Shown here in pieces: positions 26,994 to 35,030 of a stretch of 35,030 nt of DNA. This DNA comes from Verrucomicrobiota bacterium (GTDB taxonomy: Bacteria; Verrucomicrobiota; Lentisphaeria; Lentisphaerales; Lentisphaeraceae). Positions within the stretch are counted from its first letter, which is position 1; the number at the start of each line of letters is the position of its first letter. A program made the translations under genes and the position numbers. Location of the stretch: NCBI GenBank assembly GCA_039798785.1, contig JBDKFG010000055.1, forward strand, positions 1 to 35,030, read 5' to 3'. The notes under the pieces were generated by a model. The model searched no databases, was not told the origin of the DNA, and was given only the letters and a program-made list of their open reading frames with translations.

Positions 26994-27208
26994 GCTCGAC
27001 CCCTTGCGGGTCGCACATGGTAGCCCAGGGTCGCCTCGACCCTGGGTTTGGGGGCAAAATGCGTTCCGACCCCTTGCGGGTCGCACAGCCCTCGCTCCAA
27101 CGCTGTGCGACCCGATGCGGGTCGGCGAACATGGGGGCATCCAACCCAGGGTCATCGCCGATGCGGCTCGACCCTGGGCTACCATGTGCGACCCACGAGG
27201 GGTCGAGC
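26994..27208. mobile_element. REPIN-like inverted-repeat element (215 bp), second REP class
   Basis: 40-bp arms at 26994-27033 and 27169-27208 (38/40 complementary) containing GTAGCCCAGGGTCG; nested inner CGACCC..GGGTCGCACA inverted pair. Confidence 0.85.
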
Positions 27209-27291
27209 CACAGAATCTGGTTGAGATCGCCTCCAAATCGTCTCATGCAACGCAATCTCCACATGCAACTCCTAAACTAAAAGCTGATCCC

Positions 27292-28677
27292 ATGCGCCTG
27301 ATCCTCCCCCTCCTCCTCGCCCTCTTCCTCGCCGCTTGCGGCGAACGCAAGGAAACCAGCCTCAGCCTGCTGCTCAGCTGCGACACCGAAGGCCGCCTCG
27401 AGCCCTGCGGCTGCTTCGACGGCCAGCTCGGCGGTATCGCCCGCATCTCCACCCTCGCCGCCGGAATGAAGCCCGCCGAAATCCCGCTCCGCCTCGACGC
27501 CGGCAACTTCCACCCCGGCACGACCGACTACGAAAAACTCCTGCTCCCCTTCGTCCTCAAAGCCTATCAACACGCCGGCTTCGACGCCCTCAACGCCGGC
27601 TGCCGCGAAGCCCGCCTCGGCGCTGACGAGCTCCGCCAAATCGCCAGCCAATTCCCCCAAATGATCTCCGCCAACCTCCTCGGACCCGATGGCAAACCCG
27701 TGCTCGCACCCTTCCTCGTCACCAGCAAAAACGGCACCAGCATCCTGATCGCCGGCATCGTCGACCCCGCACTCGCCTCGCCCCTGCTCGGCCCCGGCCT
27801 CAGCGCCGCCGAACCCTCGGCCGCGCTCCAACAGGTCCTCGCCAGCGCCCCGAAGGCGCAGCTCCGCGTCCTCCTCGCCTTCGCCGACACCCCGATGCAA
27901 CAGCAGCTCGCCGCCCGCTTCCCCGAATTCGATCTCGTCCTCGGCGGCGCCGTCGCCCAACCCTCGCAAAAACTCCTCCACGCCGGACGCGCCACCCTGA
28001 TGTCCACCACCAACAAAGGCAAAAACGCCGCCCTCCTGCAAGGACGCCTAGGCCCGGACGGTTTCACACCGGACAACTTCGACATTCCTCTCCTGCCCCC
28101 CAGCGTCCCGCAGGATCCGGCCATCCTGGCTCTGTCCAGCGAATACCGCAAGCTCGCCGCGCGCACCGTTTTCACGTGCGACGCCGCCGAAGCCGACAGC
28201 GCTTCGAGCATCCCCGGAGCCTCGCGCGCCGCCGGCTTCACCGGCTCGCAAGCCTGCCTCGCCTGTCACCAGAGCGCCCACGCCGTCCACAGCGCCAGCG
28301 CCCACGCCCACGCCTTCGAATCCCTGAAGAAGAACGGCTCCGACACCGACCCTCGCTGCCTCACTTGCCACACGGTCGGCTTCGGCCAGAGCGGCGGTTA
28401 CCGCCGCTCGATGGCCGGCGGCCCCCTCGCCGGCGTCGGCTGCGAATCCTGCCACGGCCCAGGCTCCGAACACGTCCGCCAACGCTCCTCCGGCAGAACC
28501 CGCCTCTTCGCCTTCCGCCGCCTCGGCGACGGCGACTGCCGCACCTGCCACCAAGGCGAATTCTCCCGCCCCTTCAGCTTCGACCAGAGCTGGCCGAAAA
28601 TCCACCACGGCAAGGAAGCCAAGGCGGAACCCGTCCCCCAATCACCCCCCGCCAGTCCCGCGGAAACAACAAAATGA
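27292..28677 (+). CDS. Lipoprotein fusing a UshA/5'-nucleotidase-like domain to a tetraheme cytochrome c554-like domain (461 aa)
   Basis: LAAC lipobox; SCDTEG.LEPCGC...GG.AR, LDAGN, DALN.G..E and ISANL; four CxxCH motifs (CLACH, CLTCH, CESCH, CRTCH). Confidence 0.88.
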   Translation: MRLILPLLLALFLAACGERKETSLSLLLSCDTEGRLEPCGCFDGQLGGIARISTLAAGMKPAEIPLRLDAGNFHPGTTDYEKLLLPFVLKAYQHAGFDALNAGCREARLGADELRQIASQFPQMISANLLGPDGKPVLAPFLVTSKNGTSILIAGIVDPALASPLLGPGLSAAEPSAALQQVLASAPKAQLRVLLAFADTPMQQQLAARFPEFDLVLGGAVAQPSQKLLHAGRATLMSTTNKGKNAALLQGRLGPDGFTPDNFDIPLLPPSVPQDPAILALSSEYRKLAARTVFTCDAAEADSASSIPGASRAAGFTGSQACLACHQSAHAVHSASAHAHAFESLKKNGSDTDPRCLTCHTVGFGQSGGYRRSMAGGPLAGVGCESCHGPGSEHVRQRSSGRTRLFAFRRLGDGDCRTCHQGEFSRPFSFDQSWPKIHHGKEAKAEPVPQSPPASPAETTK

Positions 28678-28705
28678 AACGGCTCAAAACTGGCTTCGCG
28701 CTCGT

Positions 28706-28731
28706 CCTGGGAGCGCCGGCTGCCAGCCGGT
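28706..28731. repeat. REP-like copy identical to 16062-16087
   Basis: 26-bp exact match with an internal CCGGCTGCCAGCCGG hairpin. Confidence 0.75.
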
Positions 28732-28813
28732 TTGTTATGAGCTCCTCAAGCTGGAAGCTTGAGCCACGCAAGCAAAGCCTCTCCCCATCCTGAATAACCC
28801 TGAGACCCCCGCC

Positions 28814-31800
28814 ATGCACAGCCTCATCCTCTCCCTCCTCCTGTCGCAAGCCCCCGCCGCCGCCCCGAGCTTCCCGCCGGAAGAGCTGCCGGCCAAATAC
28901 GCCGCCTTCTCGCCGCAGGAAAAACGCCGCCTCCTGCCCCTCTGGGCCTCGCGCGGCCCGGGCCAGCCGGAGAAACGCTACGAGGCACTGCTCGCCCTGC
29001 TGGATGACCCGAAATTGAAAGACTCCGACGCCGCCCTGATCGCCTTCGTCGCCACCCGCATCCAAAGCCCCGCACTCGCCCAGAAACTCGCTCAGCGCGC
29101 CAAGACCCCCGAGTCGCGCCGCCGCTACGCCCCGCTCTTCGCCGCCGCCCCCGGCCCCGAATCCTTCGCCGCCCTCCTCGAACTGACCCTCGCGACTCCC
29201 GCCGACGAAGAACTCAAGACCCATCTCGCCGCCACCCTCACCCGCGAATGCCTGCCCCAGGTCGAAAGCCTCCTGCACACCCAGCCGGAACTGGCCGCGC
29301 CGTTCGCCCGCCAGCTCCTCGGACTCGATCGCCGCGACTCCTCCGACGCCGCCGCCCTCGGCCTCCGCCTCGCCGCCCTGAAATCGCGGCAGACGCAAAA
29401 TCCCGAGGCCTTCCCGAAGGAACTTGTGGCCAGCCTGGTCGAGATCTACAAGGAAGCCGCCAAGCTGCCGCCCGGCATGGTCATCCAGGCTCCGCCGGAA
29501 AAACTCCTCGAGGCCAAGTTCCCCCCCCTCCTCCACCGCCGCGTCGCCCCCCTCGTCGCCTTCCCCAAGGACGGCACCCTCCGCAACCTCAACCTCGCCC
29601 TCTCCCTCGGCCTCTCCGCCGAAGCCTTCCGCCAACACCACGAGCTCCTTCCAAGGCTCTTCGCCGCCGACGCCAAGACCCGCGACGCCGCCTTCTCATC
29701 GCTCACCGACAAGCCCGCACCCCTTCTTCTCCCCGCCCTCATCGAACTCATCTCCGATCGCGACACCCAGACCCGCATCGCCGCCCTCGACGCCATCGAC
29801 GCGATGATCGAATCCTCGTCGAAACAGGTCCTCGCCCAGCTGCCCCCGGACAAGGCTTCGCCCCTCCTCGCCAACACCCTCACCGACTCCGATTCCGGCG
29901 TCGTCATCGCCGCCACCCACCTCGCCATGTCGATGCAACTCAAAGACCTCAGTCCCCTCATCGCCAGCCTCTGCGAGTCCACCGATGTCCATGTCCTCGG
30001 CGCCGCCATCCAGGCTCTCTCCAAGCTCGAAGGTGAGCAGTCCCAAGACGCTCTCCTGCGCCTCCTCACGCACCGCGACTGGTCGATCCGTTCCCGCGCC
30101 ACCAAGGCCATCGCGTCCTTTGCCGCCCCCCAGATCAACCCCGACAAGGTTCACGAGCTCTTCCTCAAGGAGTCCGAGGCCCTGATCCGCTACGACCTGA
30201 TCGGCATCCTCGCCAAGATCAAGTCCGATGAATCCACCCTCCTCCTCCGATCCCTCAGCCAGGACGCCCAGATCCCGGGCAATCTCCGCGCCGCCGCCGT
30301 CGCCGGCCTGATCCAGTCGCAAAAAGCCACCGCGATCGACCTCACCCAGGCCCGCACCCAGCTCGACTCCGCCAGCGAAGAAGTCCGCCTCGCCTGGCTC
30401 AAAGCCGCCGCCACCATGCAGATCTTCGAGCCCGGCGACCTGAAGCTCTTCCTCTCCGACAAAAGCTCGCCGGAAAGCCGCGCCCGCTTCTACTCCCTCG
30501 CCAGCGAAATCAAGATCCCCGGCCTCGCCCCCGCCCTGAAAGCCGAAATGGGCGCCGATATCCCGAATCTCGACGATCTCGGCAAGATCTTCGCCCTCTA
30601 CGAAATCAGCGACGAACTCCAACTCGGCCTCTGCCTCCACCACCTCGATCCCAAGAGCGCCACTCCGCAAGCCTCTCAGCTACGCCTCGAGCGTCTCCTC
30701 AACTTCCCGCCCCTCCCGGCTGCCTCCGAAAATTCGGCCAAGGCCGCCGCCAGCGGACTGCAGGCCATCGCCGCCGGCGGATCTTCGGGGGAAGAGGTCG
30801 ATTCCATCGCCGACGCCGCACTCCTCAACGACCCCTTCGGCGACAGCTCTTCCAACTTCAAACTCAGCCCCGCCAACCACGACAAGCTCAGATCCCAGCT
30901 CCGCACCCTCGCCGCCTCTTGGGATCTCCCGGCGCAGACCGCTTGCCGCTTCATCACCGGCGACCCGGTCAGCAAGGAAAACTGGCAGCATCTCCTCAGC
31001 GCCCCCGAGCTCCGCCGCCCCGAAATGACTTCGCCCTTCCTCAAAATCCTCAACCAGGCCCCGGCCAAGCTCCTCAAACCCCACGCCGACGCCATCTTCG
31101 CCAGCCTCGACAAATCCAGCTTCGAATTGCGCTACAACCTCGAAAAACAAGTCTGGATCAAACAGGTCTCCCCGAAGGTGATCCTCGACTTCCTCGAAAC
31201 CACCCAGGTCGACACCTCGACCTTGCGCCAATTCGTTGTCCAGCTCAAGCTCAAGCCGAGTGAAGTCATCCGCCTCTTCCGCCACCAGCAGGAGCGCTCG
31301 AAATCGCAGGAATCCCACTTCGGCAGCAACGACTTCTTCGAAGAGGCGGCCCAGGCGCTCACCGGCCAAGGAAGCTCCTTCTCATTCTCCTCCAGCGAAG
31401 TGGTGGCCAAGGATAAACAACTCAAGCTCGGCCTGGCCGACCTGCAAAGCCTGGCCCAGCTCGAAGGCGAGATGCAAAGCTATCAGCTGCAGTCCTTCGG
31501 CAAACACCTCAGCCCGGAAACCCAGTCCCTGATCGCGGAAAAATCGCTGAGCAAGGAAATCACCGGCCCCGGTCTCTCCCATCTCCTCGCTTGCGTCAAG
31601 ATCAAGGCCAGCCCGGAAGCTCTCAAGCTCATACTCTCCGCCGCCGACCAAGGCCAATACATACCGCTCGCCAAATCCCCGCAAACCCTCGCTTTCTGGC
31701 AGGAAGTCCTCGAAAAGACCGAGGTCATCAACGCCACCGCCCTCTGCCGCGCCCTCTGCTTCCTCCGCCATAACGCCGGGGATGACAACAACATGACTTT

Positions 31801-34729
31801 CGTTTACGACGGCCAAGCCGCCCCGAAACCGACTAAGCCGCTGCTGCCAGCGAAGTTCCGCCAGCTCCTGATCGACCAGGCCCCGAAACTGCCGCCCGAG
31901 CTGCTCAGCGGCGCCCTCAGCGTCCTCGAAAAAGACCAGCCGCCTCAAGAACTGCGGATGGCCCTCCTCAGCCGCCTCTACTCCCTGCCCCTCCACCCCC
32001 ATGTCCTCGGCAGCAGCGTCAGCCCCGAAGCCACGCCGCTTGAAAAACTCCTCGACCTGAACGGCAGCTCCCACTCCTTCAGCCACAGCTTCGGCAGAAG
32101 CCGCGGCGAAAAGCCCGGAATGGCAGCGGAAGTGCTCAAATCCCCCGTCCGCATCGCCTTGCGCGAAAACCTCCTCCAGGCTCTCAGACAAAGCCCCGAA
32201 CCTGTCCTCAGAAGCTCGCGCTTCGCCCCCGCCGTCCAGGAATTCCTCAGCCGCTCCGAGCTCTTGCAGAACTTCCTCTTCGCTGCCAAAAATGGCGAAG
32301 ATGATTACAACAGCTACCAGATCAGCAACATCATCGAAAACCCTCCCGGCGGCAGCCTGACGCCGGAAGAAATCTCCCCTCTCTTCGAAAAGCTCAAGAC
32401 GACCAAGGTCAGCCCCCGGATTCTCAACTCCTTCGCGCAGCTCCTCACTCCCGGCGAGGTCGCCTCCCTCCGCCCGGTCTACCAGAAAGCCCCGAAAAAT
32501 CCCGCCCTCGTCAGCCTCATGGCGCAACACATCGGCCCGGATGAAGCCCCTCTCGCCGCCGAATTCCTCCTCGCCGCAGCCCCGGATTTCTTCCTCAATC
32601 CCGACCCGCGCATGGGGCGCGCCTACTCGAGCAGCGACGAAGTCAAACCCTACGCCGCCTTTGTCCAGAAACTCACCGACAAGGCCTACCTCGAGTCCCT
32701 CCTGCCGAAGCTCAAGCCGATCCTCGCCCAGACGCCCGATCCCAGCCCGACCCAGCTCGGCCTGATGCTCTGCCTCGGCATCTCCCCCAGCACGACCCAG
32801 ATCGACACCGCCCTGAAAAAAGCCCTCCAGCCCGAATCCCCCGAACTGGATAAACAAATCGTCCTCAACCTCGCTTACGCCTGCCGCCGCGTCAGCCCCG
32901 ATTGCCTGCGCCTGCACCTGCTCGTCATCAAAGGGGCCCCCAAGGGCCAGGAGAGCGGCAAAGCCGCCGAGCCGAGCCTGCCCGCCAACATCGAGTTGCC
33001 GCCCAACTTCCCCCCCGAAGCCCGCGCCCTGCTCATCGCCCAAATGGCCGGAAAAACCGGCGCGGCCAAAGCCCCCGACGGCGCCGCCAACCGCCTCGCC
33101 GCACTTTCCCTCTCGACCAGCACCCACTGGTTCACCCCGGTCGTCATCACCGGAGAACGTTGGAACTTCCAAGCCGGCAACCAGGCCGACAAGCGCCCCA
33201 CCGCTCTCGAACAGTTCCAGATGCAAATCGACTTCAAAGGAATCCCCAACACCCCGCCGCCTCCCCTGAATGAATCCGAAAGCGCCGCCCTCGCCCCCTT
33301 GCAAGAAGCCCTGCGGGCGGAACGCCGCGAACTCATCGCCAAAGCCGAAAAGGAGCCCGCCCTCTTCCTCCAGCTCGCCGCCAACTCCGACATCTTCCCC
33401 GACAGCGCCGTCCTCGACTTCTTCACTCAAAAACCCGAACTCGCCGGCGACCCCCTCGCCCTCAAAGCCGCCACCCGCATCCTGACGAACTGCCCGGAAG
33501 CCGACACCCTGAAGCTCCTCACCCGCTTCAGGTCCATGCCCAAACTGGCGACGCCGACCCGGAAGTTCCTCCCTGTCCTGCAAGGACTCTCCGAAGCCAA
33601 AAACCAAGTCATCGGCGACTGGTTGACCAGCGAAAATCCCGAAGCCCGCAAATTCCTCCTCGAACTGCGCGGAAAAACCAGCCCTGCTGCGAACCCTTTC
33701 AAGGGCAGCTCCCAGGAAAGTCTCTTCTCGGAATGCCCCCATCCCCTCCTCGTCGCTATGTGCAAAAGCCTGTTGCAGCAGCCCTCTCCTTCCCAGGAAC
33801 TCATCGAACTTTTCAGCACTTCCCAAAACGACTTCGACTACTCGATGGCCCGAGGAATCGCCGCCGCCTTCGATGCCTGCCCCCCGAAAGCCATCACCCC
33901 TTGGCTGAAGCATCTGCAAGTGAAATCGCTTTTGCCGGCAGAATGCCAGGACAGCATCCTCCCTCTCGAAACAGATCTGCTCAAGCGCCGCGACCAGGCC
34001 CGGCAACTGCTGCGCTTCAATCCTCCCTCGATTCAGGCGGTCAGGATCCGGACCGAAGAGCTCCTCGGCTCCTCTCCGTCCGAAGCTCTTCTTCTCGCCG
34101 ACATTCCCTTCCACGACGGCCATCCCACCGTGATGGCCTGCTGGCAGCAAAGCCTGAGCAGCCGCCAGGAACAACTCAAACTTTACAAGCAGCATTACCG
34201 ACCCGAGCAGCTCAAGAAGCAACAGCTCGAACTCGAAGCTCTCGCCGCGCTCCATGCCGCCCGCCTCAAAGTCTTCAAGCAACTGAAGAATCCTTCGCCA
34301 CAGTGCCTCTACACCCTGACCCTCGCTTCGCCGGAGGAATTCAGCGCACTGGCCGAACCCTTCTTCTCGCGCCAAGCCTGGCCCGAATGGTCCAGCACCC
34401 TCATCCTCCTGCTACCCGAAGACAAGGCCCTGTCCCATCTCCGGAAGCTGATCGGCAGCCACGGCGCGACAATGGCCGAAAGCGGCGAAATGCAGCTCCG
34501 CATCCAGCAGTGCCGACATCACAAAATCCTCACCCAGATCCAGGAAGATCTGCAAAAATTCGCCCCTGTCGCCAAGACCGCCAAATTTCTCGTCTCGGCA
34601 AGCGACAAGTGGACGCCGCCTGTCATGAAAAAATCGCAGGAAGAGGAAGCCCTGGAAATGATCAACGCCGTGGAAGCCTCCCCGGAAGTGCCGGAGACGC
34701 CGGAAGAAGAGCTGGAATTCGACAAGTGA
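28814..34729 (+). CDS. Giant exported HEAT/ARM-repeat-like protein (1971 aa)
   Basis: Uninterrupted ORF with host-like codon bias, a signal-peptide-like N-terminus and HEAT-like units (LIELISDRD..TRIAALDAI; LLRLLTHRDWSIRSRATKAI). Confidence 0.85.
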   Translation: MHSLILSLLLSQAPAAAPSFPPEELPAKYAAFSPQEKRRLLPLWASRGPGQPEKRYEALLALLDDPKLKDSDAALIAFVATRIQSPALAQKLAQRAKTPESRRRYAPLFAAAPGPESFAALLELTLATPADEELKTHLAATLTRECLPQVESLLHTQPELAAPFARQLLGLDRRDSSDAAALGLRLAALKSRQTQNPEAFPKELVASLVEIYKEAAKLPPGMVIQAPPEKLLEAKFPPLLHRRVAPLVAFPKDGTLRNLNLALSLGLSAEAFRQHHELLPRLFAADAKTRDAAFSSLTDKPAPLLLPALIELISDRDTQTRIAALDAIDAMIESSSKQVLAQLPPDKASPLLANTLTDSDSGVVIAATHLAMSMQLKDLSPLIASLCESTDVHVLGAAIQALSKLEGEQSQDALLRLLTHRDWSIRSRATKAIASFAAPQINPDKVHELFLKESEALIRYDLIGILAKIKSDESTLLLRSLSQDAQIPGNLRAAAVAGLIQSQKATAIDLTQARTQLDSASEEVRLAWLKAAATMQIFEPGDLKLFLSDKSSPESRARFYSLASEIKIPGLAPALKAEMGADIPNLDDLGKIFALYEISDELQLGLCLHHLDPKSATPQASQLRLERLLNFPPLPAASENSAKAAASGLQAIAAGGSSGEEVDSIADAALLNDPFGDSSSNFKLSPANHDKLRSQLRTLAASWDLPAQTACRFITGDPVSKENWQHLLSAPELRRPEMTSPFLKILNQAPAKLLKPHADAIFASLDKSSFELRYNLEKQVWIKQVSPKVILDFLETTQVDTSTLRQFVVQLKLKPSEVIRLFRHQQERSKSQESHFGSNDFFEEAAQALTGQGSSFSFSSSEVVAKDKQLKLGLADLQSLAQLEGEMQSYQLQSFGKHLSPETQSLIAEKSLSKEITGPGLSHLLACVKIKASPEALKLILSAADQGQYIPLAKSPQTLAFWQEVLEKTEVINATALCRALCFLRHNAGDDNNMTFVYDGQAAPKPTKPLLPAKFRQLLIDQAPKLPPELLSGALSVLEKDQPPQELRMALLSRLYSLPLHPHVLGSSVSPEATPLEKLLDLNGSSHSFSHSFGRSRGEKPGMAAEVLKSPVRIALRENLLQALRQSPEPVLRSSRFAPAVQEFLSRSELLQNFLFAAKNGEDDYNSYQISNIIENPPGGSLTPEEISPLFEKLKTTKVSPRILNSFAQLLTPGEVASLRPVYQKAPKNPALVSLMAQHIGPDEAPLAAEFLLAAAPDFFLNPDPRMGRAYSSSDEVKPYAAFVQKLTDKAYLESLLPKLKPILAQTPDPSPTQLGLMLCLGISPSTTQIDTALKKALQPESPELDKQIVLNLAYACRRVSPDCLRLHLLVIKGAPKGQESGKAAEPSLPANIELPPNFPPEARALLIAQMAGKTGAAKAPDGAANRLAALSLSTSTHWFTPVVITGERWNFQAGNQADKRPTALEQFQMQIDFKGIPNTPPPPLNESESAALAPLQEALRAERRELIAKAEKEPALFLQLAANSDIFPDSAVLDFFTQKPELAGDPLALKAATRILTNCPEADTLKLLTRFRSMPKLATPTRKFLPVLQGLSEAKNQVIGDWLTSENPEARKFLLELRGKTSPAANPFKGSSQESLFSECPHPLLVAMCKSLLQQPSPSQELIELFSTSQNDFDYSMARGIAAAFDACPPKAITPWLKHLQVKSLLPAECQDSILPLETDLLKRRDQARQLLRFNPPSIQAVRIRTEELLGSSPSEALLLADIPFHDGHPTVMACWQQSLSSRQEQLKLYKQHYRPEQLKKQQLELEALAALHAARLKVFKQLKNPSPQCLYTLTLASPEEFSALAEPFFSRQAWPEWSSTLILLLPEDKALSHLRKLIGSHGATMAESGEMQLRIQQCRHHKILTQIQEDLQKFAPVAKTAKFLVSASDKWTPPVMKKSQEEEALEMINAVEASPEVPETPEEELEFDK

Positions 34730-34731
34730 AC

Positions 34732-34945
34732 CTAAAAACCGCAGTAGAGCAGCGGAACCGGGTTGAAAGGTTGAAAGTTGAAACGCAAACAATTGAACAA
34801 GAATAACAAGCAATGAATTTGTGCTACCGGAAAGACTTGAGAGTCCTGAACTTTGCCAAGAGCCCTTCGGATATCATAACCTATTGCTGTTGTAGCTAAA
34901 CCTTACAACCTTTGAACCTTCCAACCTTTCAACTGCGGTTTTTAG
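34732..34945. mobile_element. 214-bp element with 14-bp perfect TIRs and inverted 7/8-mer tandem arms
   Basis: CTAAAAACCGCAGT pairs with ACTGCGGTTTTTAG. The left arm is GGTTGAAA GGTTGAAA GTTGAAA (34761-34783) and the right arm is CCTTACAA CCTTTGAA CCTTCCAA CCTTTCAA (34901-34932). Confidence 0.75.
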
Positions 34946-35030
34946 ATGGTTACCGCTTCACATGATACACGCCGTGTATCATAATCACAAAACTAAGCAA
35001 ATGAATAATTTGGGGTGTCTTTGCGAGCGA

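Noticed and set aside
27400..27420. Selenocysteine recoding in the CGC motif
   Set aside because: Both Cys codons are TGC and there is no in-frame TGA
1217..34806. Many long antisense or alternate-frame ORFs (e.g. 2293..4050, 12076..13998, 23839..25398, 31382..34375)
   Set aside because: Shadow ORFs caused by strong GC3 bias opposite or within well-supported genes; low-complexity R/P/G/A translations

Overview
High-GC bacterial chromosome segment; the gene content suggests the PVC superphylum (inference). The left 14 kb holds housekeeping and accessory genes: pepN, hemerythrin, secG, tpiA, an OleB/haloalkane-dehalogenase-like hydrolase, DoxX, a D-2-hydroxyacid dehydrogenase, an ABC-F ATPase, a DUF3592-like gene, a double-HTH GntR regulator and a P1B ATPase. 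The right 20.5 kb is one + strand cluster: MoxR, DUF58, two lower-GC lipoproteins, BatA/VWA, a VWA/GATase-like protein, a four-helix-bundle gene, DUF4175-like, DUF4159-like, a UshA-like/tetraheme cytochrome c fusion and a 1971-aa HEAT-like protein. The most striking structure is the four-helix-bundle (IVS/Avd-like) gene enclosed by inverted perfect heptamer arrays, about 10x TTAAGAG and 7x CTTAACT. A short outer stem could bring the upstream stop codon next to the downstream ATG in the mRNA. Several other intergenic gaps carry ORF-less elements with purine-rich and pyrimidine-rich repeat arms, REPIN-like inverted repeats, or duplicated gene 3' ends. All family calls come from motif recognition by eye; no database searches were run.
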